NCBI RefSeq assembly: GCF_963921235.1
Contig: NC_086108.1
Span: 103,480,001 to 103,544,000 of the forward strand
Reading direction: 5' to 3'
From: Mobula hypostoma
Taxonomy: Eukaryota
Length of the DNA stretch: 64,000 nt
In this document: positions 38,915 to 51,589 of the stretch, piece after piece
Position numbering within the stretch: the stretch's first letter is position 1
How the letters are laid out: each line of letters starts with the position of its first letter
The notes under the pieces: model-generated
Database searches by the model: none
What the model was told of the DNA's origin: nothing
What the model saw: the letters and a program-made list of their open reading frames with translations, nothing else
Made by a program: the position numbers and the translations under genes

Positions 38915-38994
38915 CAGGGGTTCCCAACCTTTTCTATGCCTTGGACCCTTACCATTAACCGAGGGGTCTGTGGACCCCAGGTTGGGAACCCCTA
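38915..38994. mobile_element. 80-bp hAT MITE
   Basis: TIRs caggggttcccaacct / aggttgggaaccccta; degenerate 8-bp TSD ctctagga / cactagac. Confidence 0.8.
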
Positions 38995-39141
38995 CACTAG
39001 ACCAGGGTGCACCCACAAAATATATCACACACAGCACACAAACCAAAATATTGCCATTCATTAATAAAATATATTTCAAAATGCATGTAGTGCACAGCAC
39101 AAGTAAACACTAAGCAATAAACAGCTTACTACAATTCACCA

Positions 39142-39337
39142 ACAACAGGAATTCTGCAGATGCTGAAAATTCAAGCAACACACATGAAAGTTGCTGGTGA
39201 ACGCAGCAGGCCAGGCAGCATCTCTAGGAAGAGGTGCAGTCGACGTTCCAGGCTGAGACCCTTCGTCAGGACTAGACCCTTCGTCTTCCCAGCGATGCTG
39301 CCTGGCGTGCTGCGTTCACCAGCAACTTTTATATGTG
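39142..39337. mobile_element. Short palindromic PLE insertion
   Basis: TSD ttactacaattcacca at 39126-39141 and 39338-39353; minus-strand hammerhead with GAAA changed to GGAA. Confidence 0.85.
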
Positions 39338-39639
39338 TTACTACAATTCACCACTTCATCTCCACATTACATTGGGAAAATGAAAACTCAGCCAACATAC
39401 CCATACCTAACTAGTAGAGAATGAGGCACCATTTTAACCAAACAAGTATATCTAAGCATTTCACTGGTGCAATTACAAATAATATTGGAAGTGACAAATA
39501 CATAAAACTCAGTCAAAGACAGTTCTAAGGGCAATGTGAAAGAAAAAGGTAAGGTGATTTAGGGAAGGATGCAACAACTCAAGGCTATGGCAACTGAAGG
39601 CATGACAACTAATAGCAAAGAAATTAAATCTGAGGTTAA

Positions 39640-41155
39640 TCAACAAACAAGAAATAACAGAGAAATAATAACGTTGGCCAATGAGATGGGAGATGAATTA
39701 AATGAGTATTTTGCATCAGTATTCAATGTAAAAGACACAAGCAGTGTGCCAGGTGTTGAAGGGTGTGAGGGAAGGCACTCTTTAAGAAATGAGGAAGGCA
39801 GCAGAAAAGAAATTATAGACCAGTTAGCCTGACCTCAGTGGTTCCGAAGATGTTGGAGTCAATTGTTAAGGATGAGGTTATAAAGTACTTGGTGATACAG
39901 ACAACATAGGACAAAGTCAGCATGGTTTCCATGAGGGACAATCTTGCCTGACAAACCTGTTGGAATTCGTTGAAGAGATTACACACAGGATAGATAAAGG
40001 AACACAGTGGATGTTGTATATTTGGACTTTCAGAAGGCCTTTGACAAGGAACCTCACATGAGGCTGCCTACCAAGTTAAGAGCCCATGGTATTACAGGAA
40101 AGTTACTGCCATGGTTTGAGCATTAGCTGATTGGTAGGAGGGAGCGAGTGGGAATAAAAGGATCCTTTTCTGGTTGGCTGCCAGTGACTGGTAGTGTTCC
40201 ACAGGGATTGGTGTTGGGACTGCTACTTTTTATGTTGTATATCAATGATGATGATGGAATAGATGGCTTTGTTTCCAAGTTTGCAGATGAAATGAAGATT
40301 AGTGGAGGTAGTGTTGAGGAAGCAGGTAGGCTGCAGAAGGACTTAAGACAGATTAGGAGAATGGGCAAGAAAGTGACAAATGAAATACAAAGTTGGAAAA
40401 TACATGGTCATTTTCTACGGCAGTAGAAATAAATGTGCAGACTATTTCCTAATCAGGGAGAAAATCCAAAAATATGAGATGCAAAGGGACTTGGGAGTCC
40501 TTGTGCAGAACACCCTAGGGGTTGACTTGCATGTAGAGTTGGTGGTGAGGAAGGCAAATACAATGTTAGCTGTCACTTCAAGAGGTCTAAAATACAAGAG
40601 CAGGAATGTGGTGCTGAGGCACTGGTGAGACCTCTCCTTCAGTATTGCAAATAGTTTGGGTTCCTCATTTAAGGAAAGATGTGCTGGCATTGGAGAAGGT
40701 TCAGAGGAGGTTCATAAGGATGATTCCAGGAATGAAAGGGTTGTCATACGAGGAACATTTGATAGCTCTGGGTCTGTACACGCTGGAATTTAAAAGGTTG
40801 GGGGGGGGGGGAGGGAAGAGGGAATCTCATTGAAAACTTCCAAATGTTGAAAGGCCTAAATAGAGTAGATGTGGAAAGGATGTTTCCCATGGTGAGGGAG
40901 TCTAGGACAAGAGGGCACAACCTCAGGATAGGGGGCGTCCATTTAAAACAGATGTCAACAAATTTCTTTAGCCAGGGAGTGGCAAATTTGTGGAATTTAT
41001 TACCACAGGCAGCTGTGGGGGTCAGACTGTTAGGTGTATTTAAGAATGAACTTGACAGATCCTTGATTGGGCACGGCAACAAAAGGTTACAGGGAGAAGG
41101 CCAAGGAGGGGGGTTAAGGAGGGGAGAAAAGGATCAGTTTGATTGAATGGTGGAG
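39640..41155 (+). mobile_element. CR1 LINE 3' half with internal deletion
   Basis: NEYFASVF, VVYLDFQKAFDK, SVPQGLVLG, KFADEMK; CR1 3' UTR. Confidence 0.85.
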
Positions 41156-43432
41156 AAAATTGGTCTATACATGGCAAATTGGTCTATTGTTGTCACATGT
41201 ACCAAGGTACAGTGGAAGATGATCTTGCATACTACCCAGACAGATAATTTCATTACAACAATGTACTGAGATAGTGCTAAATAAAGCAACGGAATTCAGA
41301 ACATGTTATAGTTACAGAGAAAGTGCAGTGCAGCGAGGCAATAAGGCCAAAACAAGTAGGTGATTAGGTCAAGAGTCCATCCATGGGACCTTTCAGTACT
41401 CTTAGAACAGCAGAACAAAAGTTGGGAAACACAAGGAAGAGAGGCTTATGGAGGCATCTGACACAAACTAGCCATTGTAATTTATATATCCTGATGTGGG
41501 AGTGGCAACTATATTCCCAAGTACCATGCAATGTCCACACCCCACTGTTAAACAGAAGCACTGTATCCCAAACGTTTTTCAGATATATCTGAGCAAGATT
41601 TTGGTGGGGGGGGGTGGATGAAACCCTGATCATCTCTCACCATGCATGGCAAATCACAGCATATGCTGCCCATGATCTGTCAAATATAAAGCACTGGTAT
41701 CCGCAAGACCACAGCTGAACTGGAACTTTATCCATGTATCCAAAGTGGCTACTGGAATAAAGCCACTACTAGAACAGTGACTCAAAAGAAATCCAGGAGA
41801 GAGAAGAAAAGGCACATTGCTTCACAGTCTGAAGAAACAATGAATTTTTTTAAGGATTCCTTTTCAGCTAGTGTCTCATGAATCACTGACATAAAATATG
41901 TGAATACTTTACTACATATGGTACAGCAATATCAGCCCCCACTCTACCAACTCCTCCCATGCTTTGTAATAAGACACAGACACAAAGTTTTCCACATGAG
42001 ATTTGAACCTTGAAGAATCTAAGAACGAAAATAAACAACATTGCTCTTCAAAACTTTGATGAACCTGAACCAGTCTAGCTAAAATTCAGTATTACAGAAC
42101 CAGATTATTAAATAAGAGACCAGGAAGTAAGACTGCTCTAAATAATACATCACAAACATAAAGCTTAAATTACTAGTTAACGATAAGGACAAAATATACA
42201 TAGAGTCTACTCCAACTTGATCTGTCCATCCATATCCTATCCTACAGAAAATGCACAAACCCTTTTATTCTGCACTCTCTTGAAATATTTGTTGCAACAC
42301 AACAAGAACAATCGTGGGTATATGTAATCTTAAAACTATGCTTAGCTGAATTGCAGAAAAATAAAAATCAGGAAATTATGTTTTATTTTTGAAACTCTGG
42401 CTTGTTTTAGTGACCATTCTGATTCCTCTAATACCAAGATGAAGTTTTGATGGTCATAACATAATGGACTCAAAACCAGCTATTTGATTTGATTGCATAG
42501 CAATTCAGTATTAAAATACAACTGTTTAATAAAAAAATACCCCCAAGAATAGATCCTCGCATTTCCCCCAACTCCCCCAACTTCTCATTTACATGCTCTC
42601 TGTTGGAAACATCATAGAGAAAAAAACAAATCAGATTCAACATGCAAGTTTGAAGACAGCTTTCACCACACATTTTGGCAGTTCTTGTACTGCCTCTGAT
42701 GTAAGTGCACATAGCCAATACCTAATATTAGGTGAATTAAAATGTTTTCCAGGTAAATATCAAAAAGTCAGAAGTCATGTTCTTTATTCCTCTCTCAAGC
42801 TCTTTTCGCCAACCATTAACAACATCCCTCAAAATAACAGCATTCCATTTTATCAGAAGTAAAAATGTGACTACGTGCGCTGTCCTGTACCAATTCACTT
42901 CCAACTGTCACTTCCATGCTCTCAATTTATCAGAAATGTAATTCACATATAAATTTTTCGATCTCAAGATTCTACCATTCCAATAGTATTTTGACCAATT
43001 TTCCATCTTTCACCCTCCAAAATCTCATGCTTTTTTTGTCTGCCTAGATTCTAACTCAAAATCCTGTTTGCTTCTGCACTTACTTACCAACATTACCTTC
43101 ATCTCTAAAAGCACACTGTAAACGTAACTTTGCTAGATCAAATAACGACAGCACAAAGAGATCGTTACTTATCTTTCTACTCGTTTATTTCTTCGAGCTC
43201 AGCCGGCGAGTGAACTTAGACCCAACATCAGGGAAAGAACCTTTCTCATCTCCCCGGCAGTTCTACAACTTCACTGCCTGATGTCAGAATTGTCGTAAGT
43301 TATAAGGCCACCGATACAAAAGAACAATCAGTTTGATAACTATTCCGATCAGGTCAATGGACTATTGATACAAAAGTACAATCAATTTGTTAGACACTCC
43401 AGCCACCTTAATTAAAGAAAAGAATGTCCTAC

Positions 43433-43625
43433 CTGGTTTGCTGGAGCCACAACTTAATTACAAAGATAAGAACATCCGCCAAATTTATGCTTTAATTAAG
43501 AAAGGAATGTTCTGTCTAATTTCCATCAGGTTCTGCTTTTTGTCAAAATCAAAAGGTGTGAAAAGCCCAGAGACATCTGATGTGGATCTGGGCAAACTTT
43601 AATTATCTTGCTCCAAAGAAGGCAG
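43433..43625 (-). other. Candidate non-coding exon of the host gene
   Basis: Minus strand reads tgtctcacag|CTGCCT...AACCAG|gtagga; 193 nt of unique sequence. Confidence 0.3.
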
Positions 43626-44511
43626 CTGTGAGACATTATTCAAACACACTGCAGTTACAGACATGGTCAGTACTGAATCCATTGTTTTACAGGAATCTTG
43701 AGAATCCACCTTTCCCTTAAACTTTATCAACATCAAATTTTAAATATTTATCCTTATTTTCAAAAAACCCTCAAGTACTTGTGCGACTTATCACACCTCC
43801 CTTTACAAATCTCCAAGATCACAGAACCCCTTAGTTAAGGACACATACACATTCTCAACTTCAATTGTTGGTACCCCATCTCAAATCCTCTCAGTGACTC
43901 AACTGGTAGAAGTCTTATATTTGAGTGAGATGCTATATCTGTTATATTTGATTCAGCATTCACAGTCTAAGCTATTATTTTGGGTGCAATGCTAGAAGGT
44001 GTTGCACTGTCACAGGTGCTATCTTTTGAGTGAAATTTTAAACTTTCATTGGCAGAGAGCAAAAGATCGCAAGGAAATCCCCCCACCCCCAAGAGCAGGT
44101 AAACTAGCCCTGGATAATGATTAGTTGGTCATTATTATGTGTTTTTTTTAAATAAAAGCTTTTCTGCACAAATTCTCTACCACATTGCTTGTGTTACAGT
44201 AACTACGCTTCAAGGAAAACTTTATTGGCAATACACACAAAATGCCAGAGGAACTCAGCAGGTCAAGCAACATTATGGAGAGAAATAAAACAGTCAATGC
44301 TTTGGGCCTGCACAGCATTAAACATTTTGTTCCTCCAACACTATGTACATTGCTTAAGATTTCAAGCATCTGCAGAATCTCATGTTTTAAACTTTGCTAG
44401 CTGCCCTAAGAAACTTCTTGTACAAGTACAAACCATGACATGCTTAAAACCCTGTGACCAGTCTTTTGGGCATCTGCTTTTGTATCTACTGTGTCCAATA
44501 GGTGCTTAAAG

Positions 44512-45302
44512 CAGCAGTCCCCAACAACCGGGCTGCGGACTGGTATCGGGCCTCAGAGAATGTACTACCGGGCCGCGAGGAAACAATATGAGTCAGCAGC
44601 ACCTTTCCTCATTCCCTGTCATGCACTGTTGAACTTGAACACAGGGTTGCCAACTGTCCCGCATTAGCCAGGACATCCTGTATATTGGGCTAGATTGGTT
44701 TGTCCCATACGGCACCGCCCTTGTCCCGTATTTCCCCGCTAAGGTACAGCATTCCTACGAAACCTTTCGTGCCAAAATGGCATGAAGCGAAGAAGCAATT
44801 ACCATTAATTTATATGGGAAAAATTTTTGAGCGTTCCCAGACCCAAAAAATAACCTACCAAATCATACTAAATAACACATAAAACCGAAAATAACACTAA
44901 CATATAGTGAAAGCAGAAATGATATGATAAATACATGGCCTATATAAAGTAGAAATAATGTATGTACAGTATAGTCGGGAAGATTAAGGCAAAACCGATT
45001 TGTGGGGGAAAAAATCAGCACGTACGCGCATGCACATGGCTATGCACACGTCACGCATGTGCACACAGGTGCCCGCGCAAGGCTTCATGGTCATGGTAGT
45101 CTTTCCTGGGGTAAAATGTCCCGGGATTTGACGGCTACTTTTGTCCCTTATTTGGGAGTGAGAAAGTTGGCAACCCAAACTGTAAAAGACATGTTTAGAT
45201 GAGTTTAACCCTACTTGAACAACACCCCCTCCCCCCCGCCGCCCGCAAGAATATTGTCAATATTAAACCGGTCCGCGGTGCTAAAAAAGCTGGGGACTCC
45301 TG
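44512..45302. mobile_element. hAT/Charlie-type non-autonomous element
   Basis: TIRs cagcagtccccaac / gctggggactcctg; exact 8-bp TSD gcttaaag at 44504-44511 and 45303-45310. Confidence 0.9.
44642..45213. mobile_element. Nested hAT non-autonomous element
   Basis: Left TIR cagggttgccaact, subterminal gtccc repeats; 8-bp TSD cttgaaca at 44634-44641 and 45214-45221. Confidence 0.8.
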
Positions 45303-45916
45303 GCTTAAAGCACCTTGGGATGTTTTATTCCACCCCAGTGACTAAATGTAAAAGCTGATTTAAAATGCAGATTTTTAATTGCATGTCTGCAGAGGAATGA
45401 AATGGAATTTAAAAAAAGACATTCTGCAAATCTAAATAAAAATTAGTAAAATTTCTTGGATCTGTTAACTTTTATTTTAGAAGGATCTAGGGCAAATGAA
45501 AGGAATTAAGGTCAGCTTAGATGAACAGTTGGGTCAGCACGGATCATCTGAACAGTAAGGCCTGTTTCCATGCTGTTTAACCTTATGTTTTACATAAAAC
45601 CTTCCAGTCAAGATAACACAGAGTTGTGCTGTCTGTCAAGATCTCTGACTTATTTTTTTTTAAGGTTCATATGGATAGGTTTGGGGACAGCACAGGGAGT
45701 TTGGCGTTAAGACTGAGAAAGAGGAATAAGGAGAGTTAGAGGTCAGGCCTTAGTCCAGATCAGAGTACTCGACAGTCAAAGGCAAGTGATCCCCATAGAC
45801 AGGTGGTAGGCAGTGCTGTGGATGAAGACCAGCAATCCCCATGGTCAAGGCCCTGAGAATGAGGGCTAGTTTCCCCTCCTTACCCCGACTCAGTGAGATC
45901 CTCCAAGGTTGGTGGG

Positions 45917-46058
45917 TCCTGGGATCAGAGGTCCATGAGAGTGGGATGCAGCAGGGCTGGTGACTGCCAGGTCAGCATCTCCTGGGATCAGAGGTCCATG
46001 TCAGTGGGATGCAGGGGGGGCTGGTGACTGCCAGGTCAGCATCTCCTGAGATCAGAGG
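45917..46058 (+). repeat. Tandem repeat, 63-64-bp unit, about 2.2 copies
   Basis: tcctg(g/a)gatcagagg starts at 45917, 45980 and 46044. Confidence 0.9.
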
Positions 46059-48499
46059 CCTGTACAAGTCCGGAGTTCAGGGTCCCAACATCAGCGAATT
46101 CTGGGGTCAAAGTTCATTTATTATCAAAGTATGGACAGTATACAACCTTGAGATTCATCTGGCAGGCAGCCACAAAACAAAGAAACAGCACAGAACCCAT
46201 TTAAAGAAAAAACACACACAAGTCCATCAAACATGTGGGGGGGGAAAGGAACAAATCACGCAAACAACAAAAAAAAATGAATAACACACAGATACTGAAT
46301 CATACTGGTCAATACCGAAGTCAAGGCTCAATGTCAAAGCCTTGAGTCAGCATGTCCAGAAGCTGGAGACTCAATGTTTGCAAATCTGGAGGCCTGGAGG
46401 AAACCTGTTTTGGAGTTGGAGACCTGTCTCTGTGTGTGAGTGTGTGCGAGAAATGGAGGAATGGGACTTGTTTTGCTTTGTTGCTGTGGCTATAATGTTG
46501 CTTGTGTTGTTTTGCTGAACATCATGGTCAGGCTTTGTTGGCGCTGGAACGTGTGAACAAACTTGCAGACTGCCCCAAGCACATCATCAGCTTATGTTGG
46601 TTGTTAACACAAACAACACATTTCACTGTATGTTTCAATATACATGTAACAAATAAATGAATCTGAATCTGAAAACTGATTAGAGTGTAGTTTCAACTCC
46701 AGCCTTCAGGACATCTACGATCCACCACCAGATTCCTAATGAAGTTCAAGAGGGAAAACAGACTACCCTGGACTTCCTAATATTACACAGACAAGTCTAT
46801 TGGCTGAACCCGTGCCAGTTCAAGGTGGCAAATCATCTTTATACATTGCTTTTCAGGGAACAAAAATGACAGTATCAAGCAGCGTACAAACACAAGAGAT
46901 TCTACAGATGCTGGAAATTCAGAGTAACCCACACATAAAATGCCTGAGGAACTCAGCATCTAACAGTTGCATTTCAGGTCAAGTTTTCACCCCGAGTCCC
47001 CTCCAGCATTTTGTATGTTACTCTAACAAGCAAAGTATGTTAATTTTATGTAATTGCACTTTTTTAAAAAAATTGTGCATCATTTTAATATTCCATGAGT
47101 TATTTAGATTAACTCAATTTTTAAATACTTTTTAAAAATCACATCTGACTCAACAGCATGTGTGCATTATTTACTAAATATTAACTGAAACAATGTTTGG
47201 TTAGGTGCAGAGGCAAGATACAACAGGCCTCAGCCAGGAAATGAGGCATTTAAATTGGTCTAACACTGAACAACATAACATTAACCCAGGTACTCTATTC
47301 ACCAAACCAGTCAGCTTCCCAGTGATATCCCCAAGTACTGGAAAAGATCTTCAAAGATACCCCAAAAGCTGGCAGCATACTGCATCAGGAACAGAAAGAA
47401 ACTTTTATACAGCACTTTTCATGAGCGCAGGGCAGGATTAGTTAAAGAAAACCAAGAGAAGAACAGAACAGGTCTGTTTCAGATCCAGCAATGGGGTGCC
47501 ATTAAGGAGCACCCAGTTACAATCTGAAAAGCCTAGAAGTGACTGAAGACACAGTAATGTGGTTAACTCTTCCAATACCCCCTAATATACCCCCATCAAA
47601 CTCTTCTGTCCAACTACAATTAGGGAGGAGCAATACACGTGGGCCTAGCTGATACCGCCCATACCTGAAAAACAATTTTAAGTAGTGAGCAAAAGATACA
47701 AATGGATTACAGGAACATGGCTTGTGTGGAAAATGAAAAAAAAGACGTTTTTGACAGAAACAGAAAATGGTACTTTTTAACAGAACTAAATACATGTCTA
47801 AAGAGGGATTAGTTATATTTGTCATGTGTACATCAGAACATGCAGTTAAATTTTACAGGCTGACTTGATATATCAGTTCATAATACAAGGAAAATTGATC
47901 ACTGAGTGCACAAGAGTTTAGACAAATGGATCTGGTAGTACAGTGGAGATGAAATGCCCAGGATGAGCCATGTGAATTGCAGGGCGGGTTTGCTCCTGCA
48001 TCTTTTGCAGTTGAGCTCTTACCCCAATGTGCTGTAAATACAACAAACTACTCTAAAAGTGCACTCACACTTACAATGCCCGAAACACAGCAGCCAATTC
48101 GCACACCGGTTTCCTATAAGCTACAAACTGACAAAGAGGAGACAAAATGTTTGCAAGCAATTCTGATTGAAAGATATTGCCAGTGCATTTAAGGATGTAG
48201 ACATGGACATTAAGGATATACAGCCTACTATCTTTCAAAGTAATACCACATGAACAGATAGGGCTATTGTGTAGCATCCCAAAAGACCGTGCAGTCCACA
48301 GCAGTGAGGCACTAAACACATCATTGAAATCAAGTCACTGGCTTGGGATTTAATATCAAACCTTTTGAGAGCCAAAATAGCTGGATGATTATGGCTTTGT
48401 TCTTTATTTTCTGTTTCCCCCACACAAAACTCAACCAAATTCTAAAATGCAGTACTAACATGAAAAGTCAGTCAGTGCAGCTTTTGCAGATGAATCTGC

Positions 48500-49115
48500 A
48501 TGACATCTATACTTTGACTAACTTCTACAGATGTATAGTGGAGAGATGTTGACAGGCTGCATCACAGCCTTAAATGGAAACAATGCCCTTGAACAGAAAA
48601 TCCTACAAAAGGATACGGCCCAGTCCATCACGGATAAAGCCCTCTCCCAACTCCGAGCACATCAACGGAAAGTGCTGTCGCAGGAAAGCAGCACTCATCA
48701 TCGTGGACCCCTAACTAGGGCATGCTCTCTTCCACTTCTGGTATCTGAAAGAAGGTACAGGGATCACAGGATTCCCACTACCACGTTCAGGAATAGTTAT
48801 TACCCCTCAAGCAATGTTTCATGTAGATGTGCTCAACTGAAACACTTGCCCCATGATTGAAATGTTCTCATAACCTATGGACTCACTTTCAAGGACTCTT
48901 CATCTCTTGTTCTCAATACTTATTGCATAATAATTTATTATTACTTCTTTATCTGCTTGCAGAGTTTATTAATTTTTGTACACCAGTTGAATGCCCAATT
49001 TGGGGCATTTTTTCATTGATTCTATTATGGCTATTATTCTATTGAGTATGCCCTCAAAAAATTCTATCTTGGAGCTGTAAATGTACTTTAATAATAAAGT
49101 TACTTTGACCTTTGA
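48500..49115 (+). mobile_element. Rex1/Babar 3' fragment
   Basis: TLTNFYRCIVE..LTGCITA...EQKILQK...FRNSYYP; tail ctttgacctttgaa. Confidence 0.75.
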
Positions 49116-49499
49116 ATTTAACCCTGGAAAACATGCTTTTTAAACTCTGAAGTTGTGACAATTTCATACTTCAGCATAGAATAAAGCTGATTACCCACAA
49201 CACAAAATGGCAATTTTTAATATATATATATTTTACATACATAGCTATGCACCACGAATCCAAAGGCCACATATAGAGTTTGCATCGACTATCCCACAAT
49301 TCATTTAGATCATGTTTCCGTTACCAGAAGTTCCTGCTCAGTCTATGATCCAATGACGAAAGCAAAACTAACAAACAGTCCCATCCTTTTCCAACCGATA
49401 CATCCAAAAATTCAAAATAACAAGCCGCCACTATAAGAGAACTAATCTTTATGTAATTCGAGTTCCATTATTCTTCCAAGACACAAGAGCCCGAGTTTT

Positions 49500-50270
49500 G
49501 GCACTTTTGATTGAGACCTTTAGAGACAGGAACAGGCGGGTATGAATCAAAGCAGCGCAAGATAAAAAAAAATCAGTTTTAGCCAGATGGTTGCGTTATT
49601 TTCTTGAATACATATACATCAGCGCGAAATTGGAATATTAACAGTAATACGTCCACTGAGTAATAAAGGATACGATTAGATATAAATCTATTGCAATAAT
49701 AACACCAACAAAAAGCGATTTGATCGCGTTACTCGGTATTTTAAAGACGCGATTAAACACATGGCCCAACCGGGTGGCTCCTCCACACACGTGGAAACTT
49801 CCACCTGTCTCAGACACACACACAAAAAGAAACTAATGTTCAGAGATGCTTCCGATTGCAAACTGACCTTAAAATGACCATTATCCCAACATATGCGAAG
49901 GACTGCGTTCAGCCACGCAACGAGCTCCACACACACAAAAAGTGGCCGGGACTTTGAAAGCCAAAAAAAAAACAAACATAACCTTCGCCGGGAGCCACAG
50001 GGCTGCATCTCTGCCGAAACTGCACTAAGGACACGTGTTCCGCATATTTATCACCAAATAAAACGGGCTTGCTTCGCCATAAAGTGCACACAAAGCCGAG
50101 CTGCGAGGCACACTGGCCACTAGGTCTACAGCAAATGAAATTAATGCAGCAGTTGGACACTCCGAGTGGAAAAAGGCGGCTGCATGCGCGCACACGCACA
50201 CAAAACATGTACCTTATAGAGACATACAAGCACATAAATGAGCAGGCATTAAAAAATCAATGGTGACAGA
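49500..50270. promoter_or_regulatory. CpG-retaining, repeat-free intronic regulatory region
   Basis: Many CpGs at moderate GC; CACGTG E-boxes near 49790 and 50035; NRF1-like gcatgcgc near 50185. Confidence 0.5.
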
Positions 50271-50870
50271 AAGCAAGCAATATACGGTATGTATATTGTC
50301 TTGTGCATTAAGAAATTGCAAGTTTTCTGATACACAATATCAGGAAACAATGTACAATAACAGGCAATATTATTTCACATTCACGCTATTTTGTAAAGTG
50401 ATTTTTTTTTAAACTCCCCAGTGCAGGGAGCAACATTTCAACGTGCAGAAGAGCCCCTTTGAAAATATATTAAAGCATCAGGAGGAACTTCGCTGTTCCC
50501 TTTTCTTTCTTTACAATTGTACGAGTTGAGAAAGGGCATTGGGTAGTAATTTCTTCTGGAGAGTGATTGGGGAAAAGTTTGGAGCACAGTGGGGAGGGGG
50601 TAAAGTGGGAAAGGAGAGGTGGTATTGGGTCCCCAGGATAAAGGGAGAGAGGACGGTGAGGGGAGAGGAGGCTAAAGTTGGGGGGTGTCGAGGCGGGGCT
50701 AGGGAAGCAAGCGGACGTGAAGGCGGGTCAAGGGGGATAAGGCAAGGGGGTAATGAGAGAGAAATGCAGTGTGAGTGTTGGGAAAAGTTTGGAGAGGTGG
50801 GGAATGCAAAAAGGGTTATTTTCCAGGATTCAGAATGTCTATTCTCTCGCCAGAGGATCCCAATCCTCAC

Positions 50871-50909
50871 CCACACATTCTCTCAATTAGACCCCAATTC
50901 GAGACAAAT
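50871..50909 (-). other. Candidate 39-nt second exon, or the end of an alternative long first exon
   Basis: Long pyrimidine tract ttttgttttcacttttacc...ttcag|ATTTGT...GTGTGG|gtgagg. Confidence 0.45.
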
Positions 50910-50929
50910 CTGAAGGGGGGTAAAAGTGA

Positions 50930-51430
50930 AAACAAAAATCGGCGAGAAAACCGAGGAATAAAATGGAGGAGTAGCTGAAGCATCAAAGCAACAATGAGCT
51001 GCCTCCGGAGGGAAGGGGGTAATTTAATCCGCCCCCCCCTCCCGCGGCTGAGTGACGGAGTTGGGTTTATTTCGGCGCCCGACCGCGTGGCGCCGTTGGC
51101 TGCGGGGAGGAGGGCCCGCCCGCTCCTTTCTCTGCTGCTGCCACCGCCGCAGGCTCCGTCCGCCCCGGCCTTCCTCACTCCCCACTTCTCTGCTTCCCTC
51201 CTCCCCCCGCTTCGGTTTCTTTTCACACCGGCGGCTAGCCTCGCCCGTTTGCGCTCGATCACACATACTCCTCTCCTCCCCTCATCCCACCAGTCAAGGG
51301 GGAGACGCGGCCATGGGGCCACCGCTCCACTTACCTCACTTCCGCAACGGCTTGCAGCGCGCCCGCCCGCCATCTTGGCCCTGGCCATGCCGCCTCCCAG
51401 AATCCATTGGGGCGGCCTGGCCAGGCTCAT
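50930..51430 (-). promoter_or_regulatory. CpG-island promoter and 5' end of an unidentified minus-strand gene
   Basis: Very high GC and CpG; on the minus strand CCAAT (51406-51410), YY1 CAAGATGGCG (51368-51377), ETS CGGAAGTG (51337-51344); GC boxes; repeat-free. Confidence 0.8.
51335..51390 (-). other. Candidate first exon (5' end approximate)
   Basis: Consensus donor GAG|gtaagt at 51335/51334, just downstream of the YY1 motif. Confidence 0.6.
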
Positions 51431-51589
51431 CCCCTGCCCAGTGCAGGGAGAGCACCCAGTAGTAGGGTATTCCCTCTTTTATCATTCCTCCCAGCAAGAC
51501 CATTTCTAAACAAATTCCCACTTTTCTCATCTACTCTACCCTTCAAGTAAAAAAGTGCAATATTTTCTTAAGTCATTACTTTGTTTCGG

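Larger units (their letters stand above)
43885..45360 (+). mobile_element. Old DeuSINE fragmented by later insertions
   Basis: Head and Deu domain (gttgcactgtcacaggtgctatcttttgagtga); tail aaagcaccttgggatgttt resumes after 45302. Confidence 0.55.

Noticed and set aside
45917..46058. CRISPR-like array
   Set aside because: Contiguous tandem units with no unique spacers; vertebrate context.
1989..51390. Assigning a gene symbol to the host gene
   Set aside because: No coding exon was recognised, so any name would be a guess.
50511..51530. Overlapping 64-187 aa ORFs on both strands of the CpG island
   Set aside because: Low-complexity G/R/A/P translations are expected in stop-poor GC-rich DNA; no domain is recognisable, and a strong donor interrupts the longest.
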